A stretch of DNA of 64,000 bases from the human T2T-CHM13v2.0 reference genome, Homo sapiens. How positions within the stretch are numbered: position 1 is the first letter of the stretch; the number at the start of each line of letters is the position of its first letter. A model generated the notes under the pieces. The model made no database searches and had not been told where the DNA came from. It worked only from the letters and a program-made list of their open reading frames with translations. The stretch lies in NCBI RefSeq assembly GCF_009914755.1, contig NC_060926.1; one strand, written 5' to 3'. A program made the translations under genes and the position numbers. Below, piece after piece: positions 13,230-29,308 of this stretch.

Positions 13230-14060
13230 TTGGAGGGGTCTGATCTTCCCTGTCCTCTGCCCAGTTCGGCCTGGGAGTGGAGGTACAGGGAGACACAGGC
13301 AATCAGACCCTCTCCTAGAAGCTCTGACTGTTGAGTAGGTGACTGAAGGACACAGGATGGTTGGTGGGTACTCAAGCAGTGGCAGTGGGTGGCCTGGGCT
13401 CTTCCCACAGAATGACTTTAGTTGCAATTCCTGCTCCTCGACTTTCCAGCTGTCCTCTGGTTCCTGCTTGTTGTCCAACCCTGGTCCTCCTACCTCCCCT
13501 AGTTTTCTGTGACTCCAAACATGCCTTCCCCAGATTCCATTTTTGCTTAAAATAGTCAAAGTTTGTTTCCCCCATGTGTCACTCAGCGTCCTGGCAGGAA
13601 ACAGATGGCTCACTCCAACAGGGAAATTGAGAAGAGTTTAACTACAGGACTTTCACATGGTATGGGTAGAGATAGAAGGTGATCAAGGGGTGATGAAGCA
13701 GCTTAGGACTAGCAACAGCAGGGGGCCTTGCACTGCTTCCAGGCTTGAAGGACAAAAGGGAAGAAGTGGACACCAGAGATTCTTGCTATTACTGTGGGAG
13801 AGAGCTGCCTGACAAACTGAGGCATTAGGGGGAAACCAAAGCTACTGATGCTTTCTGGCACAGTGAGAAGGCTGCCAACAGACAAAATACCCGCCTCACT
13901 TTCCTCCTTCCGTGGGATTTCTGACTGGTGCCTCCCATTGTGTGAACCTAACTGAAAGCCAGAGCTCAAGGGAGCCATTGATGGGAGCCATTGATGGAGT
14001 CCATAAAAGTCACAAGGGTACAACTGTCCAGGGTGGAGGAAGGTGAACATTAGATCTGGA
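13230..14060. mobile_element. Old ERVL/MaLR-type LTR fragments
   Basis: ggcaggaaacagatggctcactc...agagtttaa and cctcccattg...cctaactgaaagccagag resemble MLT1-type LTRs. Family not determined. Confidence 0.5.
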
Positions 14061-14449
14061 GAGGCTAACAAGGGATGTTCGTGTAGAGAGCTTGTAAACA
14101 AGCCCTTAGAGTGGTAACGGTAAAAAACATATATTAATATAAATTATGGTAAAGCCCCTCATAGAGTTATAGAGTCTGTGCACTGTAGGGAGGTGTCTAG
14201 CTGAGGAGGCAAATGGAGACTAGTATCCAAGGCCTGTGCCCTGCAAGGGCCATTATCACCTGGAGGACGGAGCACCTGTTTGCTTGGTCAGAGATGCCAC
14301 CTCCACTCTAAGCTTTGGAGCTGTGGAGCTGCATTTGTTCTGGAGGTGGGCAGGGCCTTTTGTTTTTTTCTGATTTGCACAAAGCCACCACATAGATTAG
14401 CAGTGGCTCTGTGCATTGCCATGTTAACTCATATATTAAAGTGTAAAAC

Positions 14450-14665
14450 AATAGAGCATCATAGTTAAAAGTGCCAGTTCTGGAGTCAGACTATCTGTGT
14501 TCTAATCCGCATTCTGCGGTGTATTAAATGAGCCCCAATTATTCTCAATAGTAAAATTAGGCTAATAATAGTACCAACCTCTAAGACTAGTTTGAGAATT
14601 AAGTGAAATAATGTAGATAAAGTATTTAGCACAACACCCCGCACATACTTTGAACTCAATATTAG
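14450..14665 (+). mobile_element. MIR remnant
   Basis: ttctggagtcagac...gtaaaattaggctaataatagtaccaacctc... Confidence 0.65.
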
Positions 14666-14763
14666 AAGTTGTTTTATGGTTAATTTCTAATCTCATCTTT
14701 GTTTTTTCAGTCTAGGTTTGGTAAATGACACAAGCGTCACAAGCGTGTTTACTAGTTTCTGCC

Positions 14764-15388
<625 letters not shown>

Positions 15389-16131
15389 TGGTTTCTGCAT
15401 TTATGCAACTAGTACCACATCCTGTGTCTCTGTCTCTTCCCTGATGCCCACTTCCATTATTTCTTACACAGTGACCTCTCTTTCACGTATATCTTGTACC
15501 TATACTTTCATCCTGTCTCAAGCATATCACTTTCCAATCAGCATTCATCTTCCCTGCAATGTTCATTTCACTAGACCTTTCCACTAGCTGTCTCTTATCT
15601 ATGAAGGAAATTCCCAGGTTATCTGTCCTTCCAGGGATAGTCAAGAGCAGCAAGGTTCCCAGAAACAATGGAAAAGAAGAAACAGCGATGGGAACTCAAC
15701 TTTGAATTTTAAACCAGTTCAAAATCTTCAACAGGCTTTAAATTATTGACACCCTCTCAGTATTTAGATTAAGATTTGGTTCACTACACATCTAGGATGA
15801 AAACTTTAAATCTGTTATAATGACTTTAAGATGTAACAATGGGCTCAAAATAAACGCACAAAGTAATGTATACTATCACTTCTCATGAGCTTTCTTATAC
15901 TATGTTCTTTCTAAAACATAAGCATCATAAACTTTGGATTTGTTAACTACATACATGTGGTCCAATTCATCATCATTTGTTCGCCTGCATTCCTTTCCCC
16001 ACTGAGATGACACATTTATCATGTCCAAAAGGGCAACAATGCTGGACCTTACCTCACTCATTACAAAAACAGAAAAGTTAAGGGACTCATGTTAATCATA
16101 ACTACATGGCAAATTAAATCACCCTTAATAA

Positions 16132-16436
<305 letters not shown>

Positions 16437-16673
16437 TGAAGTACTTTTTATGTCTATTGATAAGAAGGCAGTTCTTCCCATAATTATGTCCAGGCATCTA
16501 GAGGTAATTGGAATGGTCCATGTGGCTGTAGTTTGATCAACTCATTCATCATTGGTTTTTGATGAATTTTCATGGCTACTTCCAATGTTACGCTAACCAG
16601 TGCTACATGCTAATGAGTGACGGTGGGAGGGATAGGGAAGGATTACAAATTAGTTGAATACAAGCAATATTGC

Positions 16674-16958
<285 letters not shown>

Positions 16959-17144
16959 AATATTGCTTTTTAAAACAAGTCAGCAGACTCTCCTCCATAT
17001 CAACAACTAATACCTTTGAACCCACAGAATATTAGTAATTATAATTATTTACTCAAAGCAGTAGAGTAGATGAGTAATTGGAGAAATATATGACATTAGA
17101 TGACTGCTAACAATTAAGTTTGCCCATGAAAATTATAGTGCATC

Positions 17145-17884
<740 letters not shown>

Positions 17885-17889
17885 GCATC

Positions 17890-18290
17890 TGAATCAGCTA
17901 AATTGCTTTCCACTGCAAGTAACAGAAAACCTAACTCCAATTGGCGTAATCAAATATATTATGTCATATAGCACGAAGTCCAGAGGCAGGATGGATTCCA
18001 GGCATGCTACATCGCAGGGCTCCAGCCCAACGTTGTGATAGTTTTCTTGGCCCTGGGCTCCTACTTGACTGGTGGCAAGGTGGCTACAGTCATTATAGGT
18101 ATCACAGATACAACAAAGTCCAGACCAGAGGAAGAAGAGAGACTGTCTCCTTCTTATGGATCTGTACTATGGGTAGGAAACTGTTCCCAGAGGCAGGAGA
18201 CTCTCTCTCATGGCTCATTAGCCAAGACTAGGTTACATTCCTGTTTTAATCCATTCAGTGCCAAGGGGGATGGGCATAGTTAATACTAGT
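17890..18290. mobile_element. Old MLT1-like LTR remnant
   Basis: ctgcaagtaacagaaaacctaactc...agtccagaggcagg. Confidence 0.5.
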
Positions 18291-18877
18291 CATAGAGGTG
18301 GAATAGATCTTGGGAGTCAACCACTACCACTTATTAGTACAGAGCCTGTTTGTTTATCTCTTTCTGAAGAGATTTACATGGAGATTAATGAGTTTGAAGG
18401 GAAATGTCCAGGAGGTGTGAGTGTGTGTGTGTGTATAATAGTGTATGGCTAATGAAGGTGCATGATCTCAGGCCTCAAACTGCACTGAAGAATAGTTCTC
18501 ATCCACAACAGTTCTCAGATGATGAGAGCAAAGAAAAGTACATCATAGGCAGGGCCCTACGGAAAGGTGAGGCTTGTTCCAAAAGTTACCGTGGGTGTGC
18601 ACATTTTCACAGACACCTGCACTCTCCTGTCAGGGGTTCTGGGCTGCTCTTTCAGAAGCTCTTAGAGAAGCCTTATTCACTGTTACCTGCTTTTATGTGA
18701 TCTATAAACTAGCCACAGGCAAATGAGAACAAGGTGGTTGCCCACACAGTGCAACTTGGGGAGGAAGAGGCCCTTTACCCTCCAAAACTCTCTCCTCCAA
18801 AAATAAAGCAAACCAAATGCACAAAATCACAGAAACCAAATTAGCTTCATGCTCAGGTAGACTCAATAGATAACTAT

Positions 18878-19383
18878 GGGACCAGCCTGGGCTACATGGT
18901 GAAGCCTCATCTCTACCAAAGAAAAAGAAATTGTTATTTTTTTTTTAGATGGTGTCTTGCTCTGTTGCCCAGGCTGTAGTGCAGTGGTGCCATCTTGGCT
19001 CACTACAACCTCCACCTCCCAGGTTCAAGCCATTCTCTCGCCTCAGCCTCCCAAGTAGAGTCAGGGTATTTTTAGTAGAGACGGGGTTTTACCATGTTGG
19101 CCAGGCTGGTCTCGAACTCCTGACCTCGGGTGATCCTCCGGCCTCGGCCTCCCAAAGTGCTTGGATTACAGGTGTGAGCCACTGCACCCAGCCTACAAAA
19201 AAAATTTTTTTTTCAAGTTAGCCAGATGTGGTGGTGTGTGCTTATAGTCCCAGCTACTCAGGAAGCTGAGGTGGGAGGATCACCTGAGCCCAGGAGGTCG
19301 AGGCTGCAGTGAGCTATGATAGCACCACTGCACATCAGCCTGGACGATAGAGTGAAACCCTATCTCAAGAAAAGAAAAAGAAA
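18878..19383. mobile_element. 5'-truncated plus-strand AluJ with an opposite-orientation Alu (~18934-19193) inserted in its middle A-rich linker
   Basis: Left arm ends tctctaccaaagaaaaagaaa, a reverse Alu follows, then the right arm ttagccagatgtggtgg. Confidence 0.85.
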
Positions 19384-19922
19384 CTGCTTTATCATTTTGC
19401 CAAAATTTCTAGTAAGGCAGACACATCTATATAAAACACATGAGAAAATAATGTGAGAGAGAGATTCAAGTATGTGTCCTACTTGAGCCAATATATGGGG
19501 AAGAAACCATAAATATAAGACTCTCAGGAGAGGGGCCCATTTGGCCCTCTGGGCGCTCCTCTTCTTGTAGTCTGGCTCCTGAGAAGGACGCTGGGATTTG
19601 GTTCTTCATTTCCTGCTTGTTGATAAGAAACTGGCACCTTACATTACAAATTAATCAAGACATTGCCAAAGAATAAAGTGTGATCTTGGGTTCATTTTGG
19701 ACCCTCCTAAGAAGGGTGAGGGGGTATGTGAGAATTTGGTATTGGGATGTTTAGTGCAGAAATGTTTATACTTGACTGATGCAAAAATGTTTTATCAGTC
19801 ATTGTGGAACCCCTCAAGCGCTTGACCCTGTCTTTACTATTTGGTAGCAAAAGTGCATGTGTCTCCCTAAGATGTGAACAGCTGGCATAACAAGGAAACT
19901 TCCCTTTGGGAATAGAAGTTAG

Positions 19923-20590
<668 letters not shown>

Positions 20591-20779
20591 TAACTTCCTA
20601 AAGTAAGGAAATATCTAAGGTACAATTTCTGGTATTTTCACGGGGGTATACTTTCCCAACGGAATGGAGGGCTACCACTGATAAAACACCACCTGTGTGC
20701 CTGTGTCATGACTGCATTGCTTGTTTCATGCTCACACAGTCCTGTGTGACTATTATTATAATAGTATTGTGACAAAGAG

Positions 20780-21150
20780 CACTGGGGTCAACTAACTAGC
20801 CAAATGCCCTTGGGTGCTCCTTTTTAAAAACATAAAGGAGGGGACAGTAAAAGTACCTACCTCACGAAATGGTCGTGAGAATTAAATGAGCTAGGGAATG
20901 TTGAGTGTGCTTCACTCAGCACCTTGCAAATAATAAGCACTTCGTAAATATCTGCTTGTGTTTTGTTGTTTTCCTCATTTTACAGGTAAGAAAGTCATAT
21001 CTTCAAGAGATTAAGTAACTTGTCATATCAGAGACAGGTTAAGTCACTTGCTTAAGGTCACCACATAAGTTAGTCATGAGAGAGGAATTCAAACCCTTTT
21101 GTCTAATTTCAGGTTTGTCCAATTCTAGAGTCAGATGTTTCACAACTATG
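20780..21150. mobile_element. MIR remnants (two, opposite orientation)
   Basis: gtacctacctcac...gtgagaattaaatgag and cattttacag...aagtcacttgcttaaggtcac. Confidence 0.6.
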
Positions 21151-21401
21151 TCATCTTTCTGTTGAATAGTCTATTTCAAATACTTTATTCCAATTATGCA
21201 AGATAATGGGATGAAGCTCCTAAAAGTTGGAACGTTAAAATAAATATTTTTTTGTTGTCATCCTGAGTGTTCTGCACTTAGGAGGCATTAAGCGGATGTT
21301 GCTGCATGACTGAAAAATGGGGAATCTATGCTTAAGAACTTGATAAACTACCATGTTGCAGTTTTCAGTAATAGACTGAAAACGTAATAATAACTCATAC
21401 T

Positions 21402-21713
<312 letters not shown>

Positions 21714-23021
21714 TCATACCTTAGCAAGGTGAAGAGGTTTGCCTGAGGTTGTAAAGCTAGCAGGTGGCAGAACTCCAGGGGGAAGTGTGCGTGGCTGCAT
21801 TCCTGACCCATGTTCCTGACTGCCCTGCTGAATTGTCCCCTTGCTTTGAAAAAGCTCCCAGTGTGTTCAGAGTGAATTTTCTACAGTATATAGAAAAACC
21901 TTAAGTAACCAGGACCTAAGAATCAGGCTTTGTTGTCTCTGCTCTGGTGAAATAAATGCCATCAAAATAAACACATAAAACCAAAAAAACACAATATGCA
22001 AAACCAACAAATAAAGTAGCCAATAAAACAAACACCCTCGTGCTTGGTTTGCGGTGGGTATGGGGTCCCACAAAGTCAGTCAATTTCCATGCCATCTGCA
22101 ACTTCTCTATTTCTGTCTGTTACTATGATCTTTACTCATGACCACCGTCTTCGAGAAAAGATTTCGTTTTGCTAAGTGTTCTCTCTATGTTAGAGAAAGG
22201 AGCTAAAGTTTCAACAAGTTTTGAAGCGAAAAAATTTTCTCAGTTCACCAGAAAATTTATATTTATCTAAATGTCCCAGCTATGGTTAAGAGAATTTTTT
22301 TTAAGTAACCGCAGTACAACTTCTTTTATTGCAGTTTATTGTTTTTTGGATATGGGTATACTGTGCGTCAAGTTGCATGTACCCAAATAAATCAACCAAC
22401 TAAAGAGAAACTTGGTGTGTTTCAGCTGGCCTGTAAGGTGAGGTTTTCCTTTAACACCAAATTTTAAAGCCATTCTGATGCATTGTGTTACAGCAAACAT
22501 AACTGGTGATTCAATTCTGAATATCTGAATCACCTTAAAATGTAAAAATAAATACATACTTTTATTATATGTGAAATTTTAGCTCAAAAGGAAGAAAAAG
22601 AACCATAGGCAACTCTTTATTCTAAACTCTGTTTAACAATATGCAGGCTGACATGTTTGGGAATGATGTATACTGATGTTTTCAACTTGATTTGAAGTGC
22701 ATCAAAATAATAAGGATTTTGGATGGATATAGGGATGGGTAGAAAAATAGATGATAATACCACTGCACAGTTCCTTCAACCTTACAATATGTTTGGAAAT
22801 TTTCAATAAAATGTTGAGAAAAACATGAATGCATGGATTAAATTACTAGTAGTCAGACATTATTTAAAAGAGTCCAGAAAATGCTTGTATGATAGAAAAT
22901 CTCACATTAAGTGAACTTGATTATGAAAACATAGAATTAATAACGACTTTGGTTGCAATTTATCAGTGCCCAGTAAGTGCCAAGAACTGCACAAAGCGCT
23001 TAATAAATGTGATCTAATTTA

Positions 23022-23337
<316 letters not shown>

Positions 23338-24569
23338 TTATCTAATTTAATACAAATGTCTTTTGAAGTATGGGGAATTATCCTTATTTTACAAGTTAGG
23401 AAACAAGCATAAGAAGGTTATATAACATTCAGAGAGTACACATCCAATAAGCAGCAGATACAGAAACTGTATCTGTCTGGGTCTATAGCCAATGCTGTTA
23501 GCCACTGCACTCCAGGAAAGGGAAAACTGAACTGGAAACCTTTAGAGATTATCTAATTCAATGTCCCTACCTCTTGTCACAAATGACACAAATGTTCAGC
23601 AGCACTAGAATCTCAGAGTTTCGACTCTGGTTAAGGCTTTCCCACTAGTCACCGTGTGTCACACTAAGTACAGCTGTTTTTGACAAAATGGATTCACTAT
23701 AGGATTCCTTTAAGTAAAAAATTTCCATAATGCACTTTAATTCTAATTTGATATAGTAGAATTTGATCTATATACTTTTCTTTCAGGCATCATATATGTC
23801 ATAAACAGGGGCACCCTAATGCTACAAACAGTATGTCCAAAAGTGTAACATTTAGCTTGAGCTTTTGAATGAACTGAAATTGTGCAGATTTCCCTGATGG
23901 GAAAAAGGCATGAAATTCTGAAATATTTAATACATATATATTGCAGCCATTTGGGTGAAAATGCTGTAATTCTGATAATTCTGGAAATTGTTTCACAGCT
24001 CAATTCTAAACCCACAGCTTTTCTGGGCTTTTTTTTTTTTTTTTTTTTTTTCTGATTTCCATGGTGCAAACCACCTTAAAAAAACAGGAACAGAGGAAAG
24101 GAGAGTTGAACATTAAAAAATAAAAAAGACATTTATGTCCTTTCCTCCACTTACAACCTATCCCTTTTTCCCCCGATTTGCCTTCAGTATTATTTTTGAA
24201 ATCCTGATGCGGATGTGTGGCAGCATTGAAGAAACTAAGAGAGCCACTCAATCTCATCTTAGGTTTTAAGTTCTAGGCAATTGTCCATTGATTCCAGTAC
24301 AATTAGTCAAGTGTCTGGCAGCTTTGGTGTTAGAAGTATTGGGTTTAAGTTTCAGCCCCATCACTCACTAGATGAGTGTCAGTGAAACACCTTATCTTCT
24401 GAGTCAGTTTTCCATCAGCTATAAAATACTAACCTGACAGGATTATTATGGGTATCAAATCAAAATGTATTTATGCTTTGAAAACAAAAAAGCAAAGACA
24501 GAAAAGAACAATGTGATCAACATTTTTAAAAATTTACCCTTTGTTTTTGCCATTTTCTATCAGGCATAA

Positions 24570-26642
24570 TTATATGTTTTTAGCGTATGATGAAACTATA
24601 AACATCTTTCTTGATTTCAGAATATGGAAGTGCTGGAAGATAATTTTCCATTGATCTCTTGCATATCTGCACATCTTGCAAGTGAGGCACTGATTTCCTT
24701 TATTACAGACTATTTTTTCAAGGATTTTTATAGAACATCCTTGAAAGAGATGATGTCTCTTTGTGGAGCAAACAGCAGGCATGCTTACTATTCAGTATAA
24801 AAGATTAGGGTTCCCTAACTTTAGGGTTTCTCTACTATTACACAATCAATTTTATGTGTAGCTGTCTATCTGGGCTTGTCCCTGTTGCCCTGTGGGAATT
24901 GGGCCTTGGGGTACTGGTGAAAAGGCTGATACTGTGTCCGTAATTGGTGAGTTCTTGATCTCACTGACTTCAAGAATGAAGCCGCGGACCCTCGCAGTGA
25001 GTGTTACAGTTCCTAAAGGCGGCGTGTCCAGAGTTTGTTCCTTCTGATGTTCAGATGTGTTCGGAGTTTCTTCCTTCTGGTGGGTTTGTGGTCTCGCTGG
25101 CTCAGGAGTGAAGCTGCAGACCTCAGCGGTGAGTATTACAGCTATTAAGGCAGCGCGTCTGGAGTTGTTCCTTCCTCCTGGTGGGCTCGTGGTCTCGCCG
25201 GCTTCAGCAGTGAAGCTGCAGACCTTCGCGGTGAGTGTTACAGCTCATAAAAGCAGTGTGGACCCAAAGAGTGAGCAGTAGCAAGATTTATTGCAAAGAA
25301 CGAAAAAACAAAGCTTCCACAGTGGGTAAGGGGACCCCAGCGGGTTGCCACTGCTAGCTTGGGCAGCCTGCTTGTATTCTCTTATCTGGCCCCACCCACA
25401 TCCTGCTGATTGGTAGAGCCAGAGTGGTCTGTTTTGACAGGGCGCTGATTGGTGCATTTATAATCCCTGAGCTAGACACAAAGGTTCTCCAGGTCCCCAC
25501 CAGATTAGCTAGATACAGAGTGTCCACACAAAGGTTCTCCAAAGCCCCAACAGAGAAGCTAGATACAGAGTGTCGATTGGTGCATTCACAAACCCTGAGC
25601 TAGACACAGGGTGCTGATTGGTGTGTTTACAAACCTTGAGCCAGATACAGAGTGCCGATTGGTGTATTTACAATCCCTGAGCTAGACATAAAGGTTCTCC
25701 AAGGCCCCACCAGAGTAGCTAGATACAGAGTGTCCATTGGTGCATTCACAAACCCTGAGTTAGAAACAGGGTGCTGATTGGTGTATTTACAATCCCTGAA
25801 CTAGACATAAAGGTTCTCCACGTCCCCACCAGATTCAGAAGCCCACCTGGCTTCACCCAGTGGATTCCGCACCAGGGCTGCAGATGGAGCTGCCTGCCAG
25901 TCCCGCGCTGTGCGCCCGCACTCCTCAGCCCATGGGTGGTCCATGGGACTGGGCGCCCTGGAGCAGGGGGTGGCGCTCGTAGAGGAGGCTCCGGCCACAC
26001 AGGAGCCCACGGAGGGGGTGGGAGGCTCAGGCATGGCGGGCTGCAGGACCCGAGCCCTGCCACGCGGGAAGGCAGGTAAGGCCCGGTGAGAAACCGAGCG
26101 CAGCGCCGGTCGGCCGGCACTGCTGGGGGACCCAGTACACCCTCCGCAGCCGTTGGCCCGGGTGCTAAGTCCCTCATTGCCTGGGGCCGGCAGGGCCCGC
26201 CGGCTGCTCCGAGTACAGGGACCGCCAAGCCCACACCCACTCGGAACTCCAGCTGGCCCGCAAGCGCGGCGCGCAGCCCCAGTTCCCGCTCGCGCCTCTC
26301 CCTCCACACCTCCCTGCAAGCTGAGGGAGCCGGCTCCGACCTTGGCCAGCCCAGAAAGGGGCTCCCAGGGTGCAGCGGTGGGCTGAAGGACTCCTCAAGT
26401 GCCGCCAAAGTGGGAGCCCAGGCAGAGGAGGCGCCAAGAGTGAGCGAGGGCTGTGAGGACTGCCAGCACGTTGTCACCTCTCAATACTCTGTCTACTTCT
26501 CTTGCTATGAGTAATAAAGCCTCTTGTGTCTGCCCCAGGAGTCTCGTGTCTTCTAACGATCTTCTAACGATTCATACTCTGTGGCAGGCTAACTTGTTAG
26601 CTGGCAAAAAACAAAATCTCAGGCCCTTCACAATTCTTGACA
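24570..26642 (+). mobile_element. Older ERV1-class LTR (MER89/MER90-like, tentative), split by the LTR12C
   Basis: TATA-like tataaaa at ~24795; aataaag and terminal ...gctaacttgttagc...cccttcacaattcttgaca at 26642. The two halves rejoin across the ATAC TSD. Left boundary uncertain. Confidence 0.55.
24933..26483 (-). mobile_element. LTR12C (HERV9/ERV9) solo LTR, 1551 bp
   Basis: Minus strand begins TGAGAGGTGACA and ends ...CCAATTACGGACACA; 4-bp TSD ATAC (24929-24932 / 26484-26487). CpG-rich 5' part and a U3 tandem array with seven CCAAT motifs (plus-strand ATTGG at 25409, 25448, 25576, 25617, 25658, 25736, 25777). Confidence 0.95.
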
Positions 26643-26799
26643 GGAAGTTGGGATGTAAAATGGGGAATGATTTTTCCTTCTATCATGACTTGAGACAATT
26701 TTTACAAAATATGTGTCAACTTCTTGAGAGTGGGCGGTATATTGTAATGATTAATCTTAGAGATTCTGCAGCCAGGCTCTTTGGGTTCTAATCCTGAAT

Positions 26800-27262
26800 A
26801 GTGGTCCCTTTTAGTTTGGGTTCCCAGAAACAGACCCTGAGACACGGATATGAGTGAAACTAGTTTATTTGGAAGGTGATCTTAGGAATCACTGATAGGA
26901 ACGGAGGAAGTCGGAAAGGAGAGGGAAGGCAGACAATAAATGATGAATTTTCAAGTGAGTTATGACTGCTAGAATTTAATCTTATTTGGGAACTCTTGGT
27001 AGCCAATACAGAATATGTGCCTCCGACTTTCCTGCTTGAGGGGTGAGGGAGCAGGATATTATACACTAAATCACATAAGTCCTTGGTTGAGGGATCCTGG
27101 AAGAGGGTAGGTTCTGATTCTAGTTCTGGATTTTTTGGTCTGCCTTGCCCAATACAAAATAGACTGCCACAGGCCCTGGCAGGTAGATGTGAGATTCGGG
27201 TGTGCTTTACATTAATAAGGCCCAAGGGAATGTAGTTGGCACAGCCATAGCTTTTGCTATAG
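26800..27262. mobile_element. MLT1I/J-like LTR inserted in a MIR
   Basis: gggttcccagaaacagaccctgagacac...tagtttatttggaaggtgatc; MIR sequence on both sides (~26740-26800 and ~27280-27450). Confidence 0.6.
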
Positions 27263-28086
27263 ATACCCTCCAGCAGTATAGTCTATGAAGTTACTCAATC
27301 TATTTATGCCCCCGTTTCCTCATCTGTACAATGGGAATAATAGCATCAACCACATAGGGTTGATGAAGATTAAAAATTCAGTCCATGTAAAACACTTAAA
27401 ATAAGCCATACTATTTCATCAGGACTTATGAAATGTTGTTTATTGTTATAGAAGAACGTGACCTTTTGTATTTATTGACATTTTTTCTGTCTCATTCTCC
27501 AGCATTTTGGAGATTGACTTTTATTTCCTTAACATCATGAAATTTTGTTTTATTAATACTACATGCCTGTGATTGAGTCTTCTAAATTCGAGGTATATTT
27601 ATGTTTGACATTTGTCAAGGGGCAACACTGGCTGCCTCATGGGAGGCACCAGAAGGATGTGTTTAAAACTTATTCCTATTTAAATTTCCTTAGATAATTT
27701 ATGGGGCTCAGCACTCCTGAACTCTTTAATTTAAAGATTTACTGCTTTGTCAGAGAAACTAATTAAATCTTTTTTGAAGTGTCAGTATCATAGCAGCATT
27801 AGACTCAATTTTCTGTTCCTCTATTATGGGAATAGAATATAAAATAGAAGTGTATTTTAAACTCAATTTTTTAGCATTATGTATCATTTATGTCAGACTC
27901 CTGCGAATTGGCATCATAGTAACTATGGAATTCGCCAAAACAAAACACTCAAGAATTTTAGTAAGCCTACTTAACTTTTGATTACAGTAAAATTCTACTA
28001 TTAAGCTAAACAGCGCATATAGGAAATGACAGTTTACTGGGAAAGAGGCCCATATTTATGGAAACCAGCTCCTCAGAGGTCTATAG

Positions 28087-28469
<383 letters not shown>

Positions 28470-29308
28470 AGCTTACCCTGTCTTAACTCTTGACCTCTTA
28501 TTTAAAGATCCCAGTCACTTTTACATATTATCCAAGTCCTTATATTAAGTAAATTGGCTAAAGAAATTTCCCCAAACCCTTCTTTCATTTTTGCAGTTGC
28601 TCATATAGGTATTATTTTTTTGTCTAAGGATATCTTAACACAATATATATGTGAATATTTTAAAAGTTAAGAAAATTATAATTTTTCTATAAATATTTTA
28701 TCAGTGTTTAGGCCAAAATAAAATTAGTCATAATTTTCTGCATTAGTCATAATTTTTTGCAATGAAAATTTTAGTAAAATGCTTTTTTTCTAAAAAAAAG
28801 TTACTGTATTTTTTCCACTTTAAACATCTTAAATTCGAACTCTATTAAATGGTGTTTAATTTTTATTATGAACCACAAAGAGCTGTAAAAACCTATAAGC
28901 TTTCTTTTAATCTATTAGTCAACTTTTAAAAAACTTTTGATGTCTTATTGACCTAAAAATTTTTTCTAAGTAAAAGGTATAATAAAGTTTCCTATAAATT
29001 TAATCCATATACACTGTGATGCTATTTTTATTTCTTGAATTTTCCTAGCCATTTTCCTTCCTGCTCAATACCAGCTTAATAAAATATATTAATATATATG
29101 AAAGAAATATATATTGCTAGAGATAATATGAACCAAATATTGTTATCTTAAGCAGAATATTCAGGCTATCAGGGAGGAGAAATTAGTGAAATTCAGCTAA
29201 ATGCTAAACCCAAGTTTTAAAAATAAGTTCAAATCATACTACAGATTTATGGATGCTAAGAGGTGTTTTAATGTTTTCAAATGTTTTAAATAGTCTTTTA
29301 GTGCATAT

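Noticed and set aside
20955-20991. Recursive-splice-like motif (pyrimidine tract, ttacag|gtaaga) on the plus strand
   Set aside because: Derives from the MIR cattttacag motif, with no evidence of a long plus-strand intron here.
25400-25830. Array of recurring ~40-nt units that superficially resembles a CRISPR array
   Set aside because: It is the known U3 tandem CCAAT-containing array of LTR12/ERV9. There are no unique spacers and no cas genes, and the DNA is eukaryotic.
25746-26514. Several overlapping ORFs of 77-243 aa
   Set aside because: All lie in the GC-rich part of LTR12C and are typical translations of this LTR.
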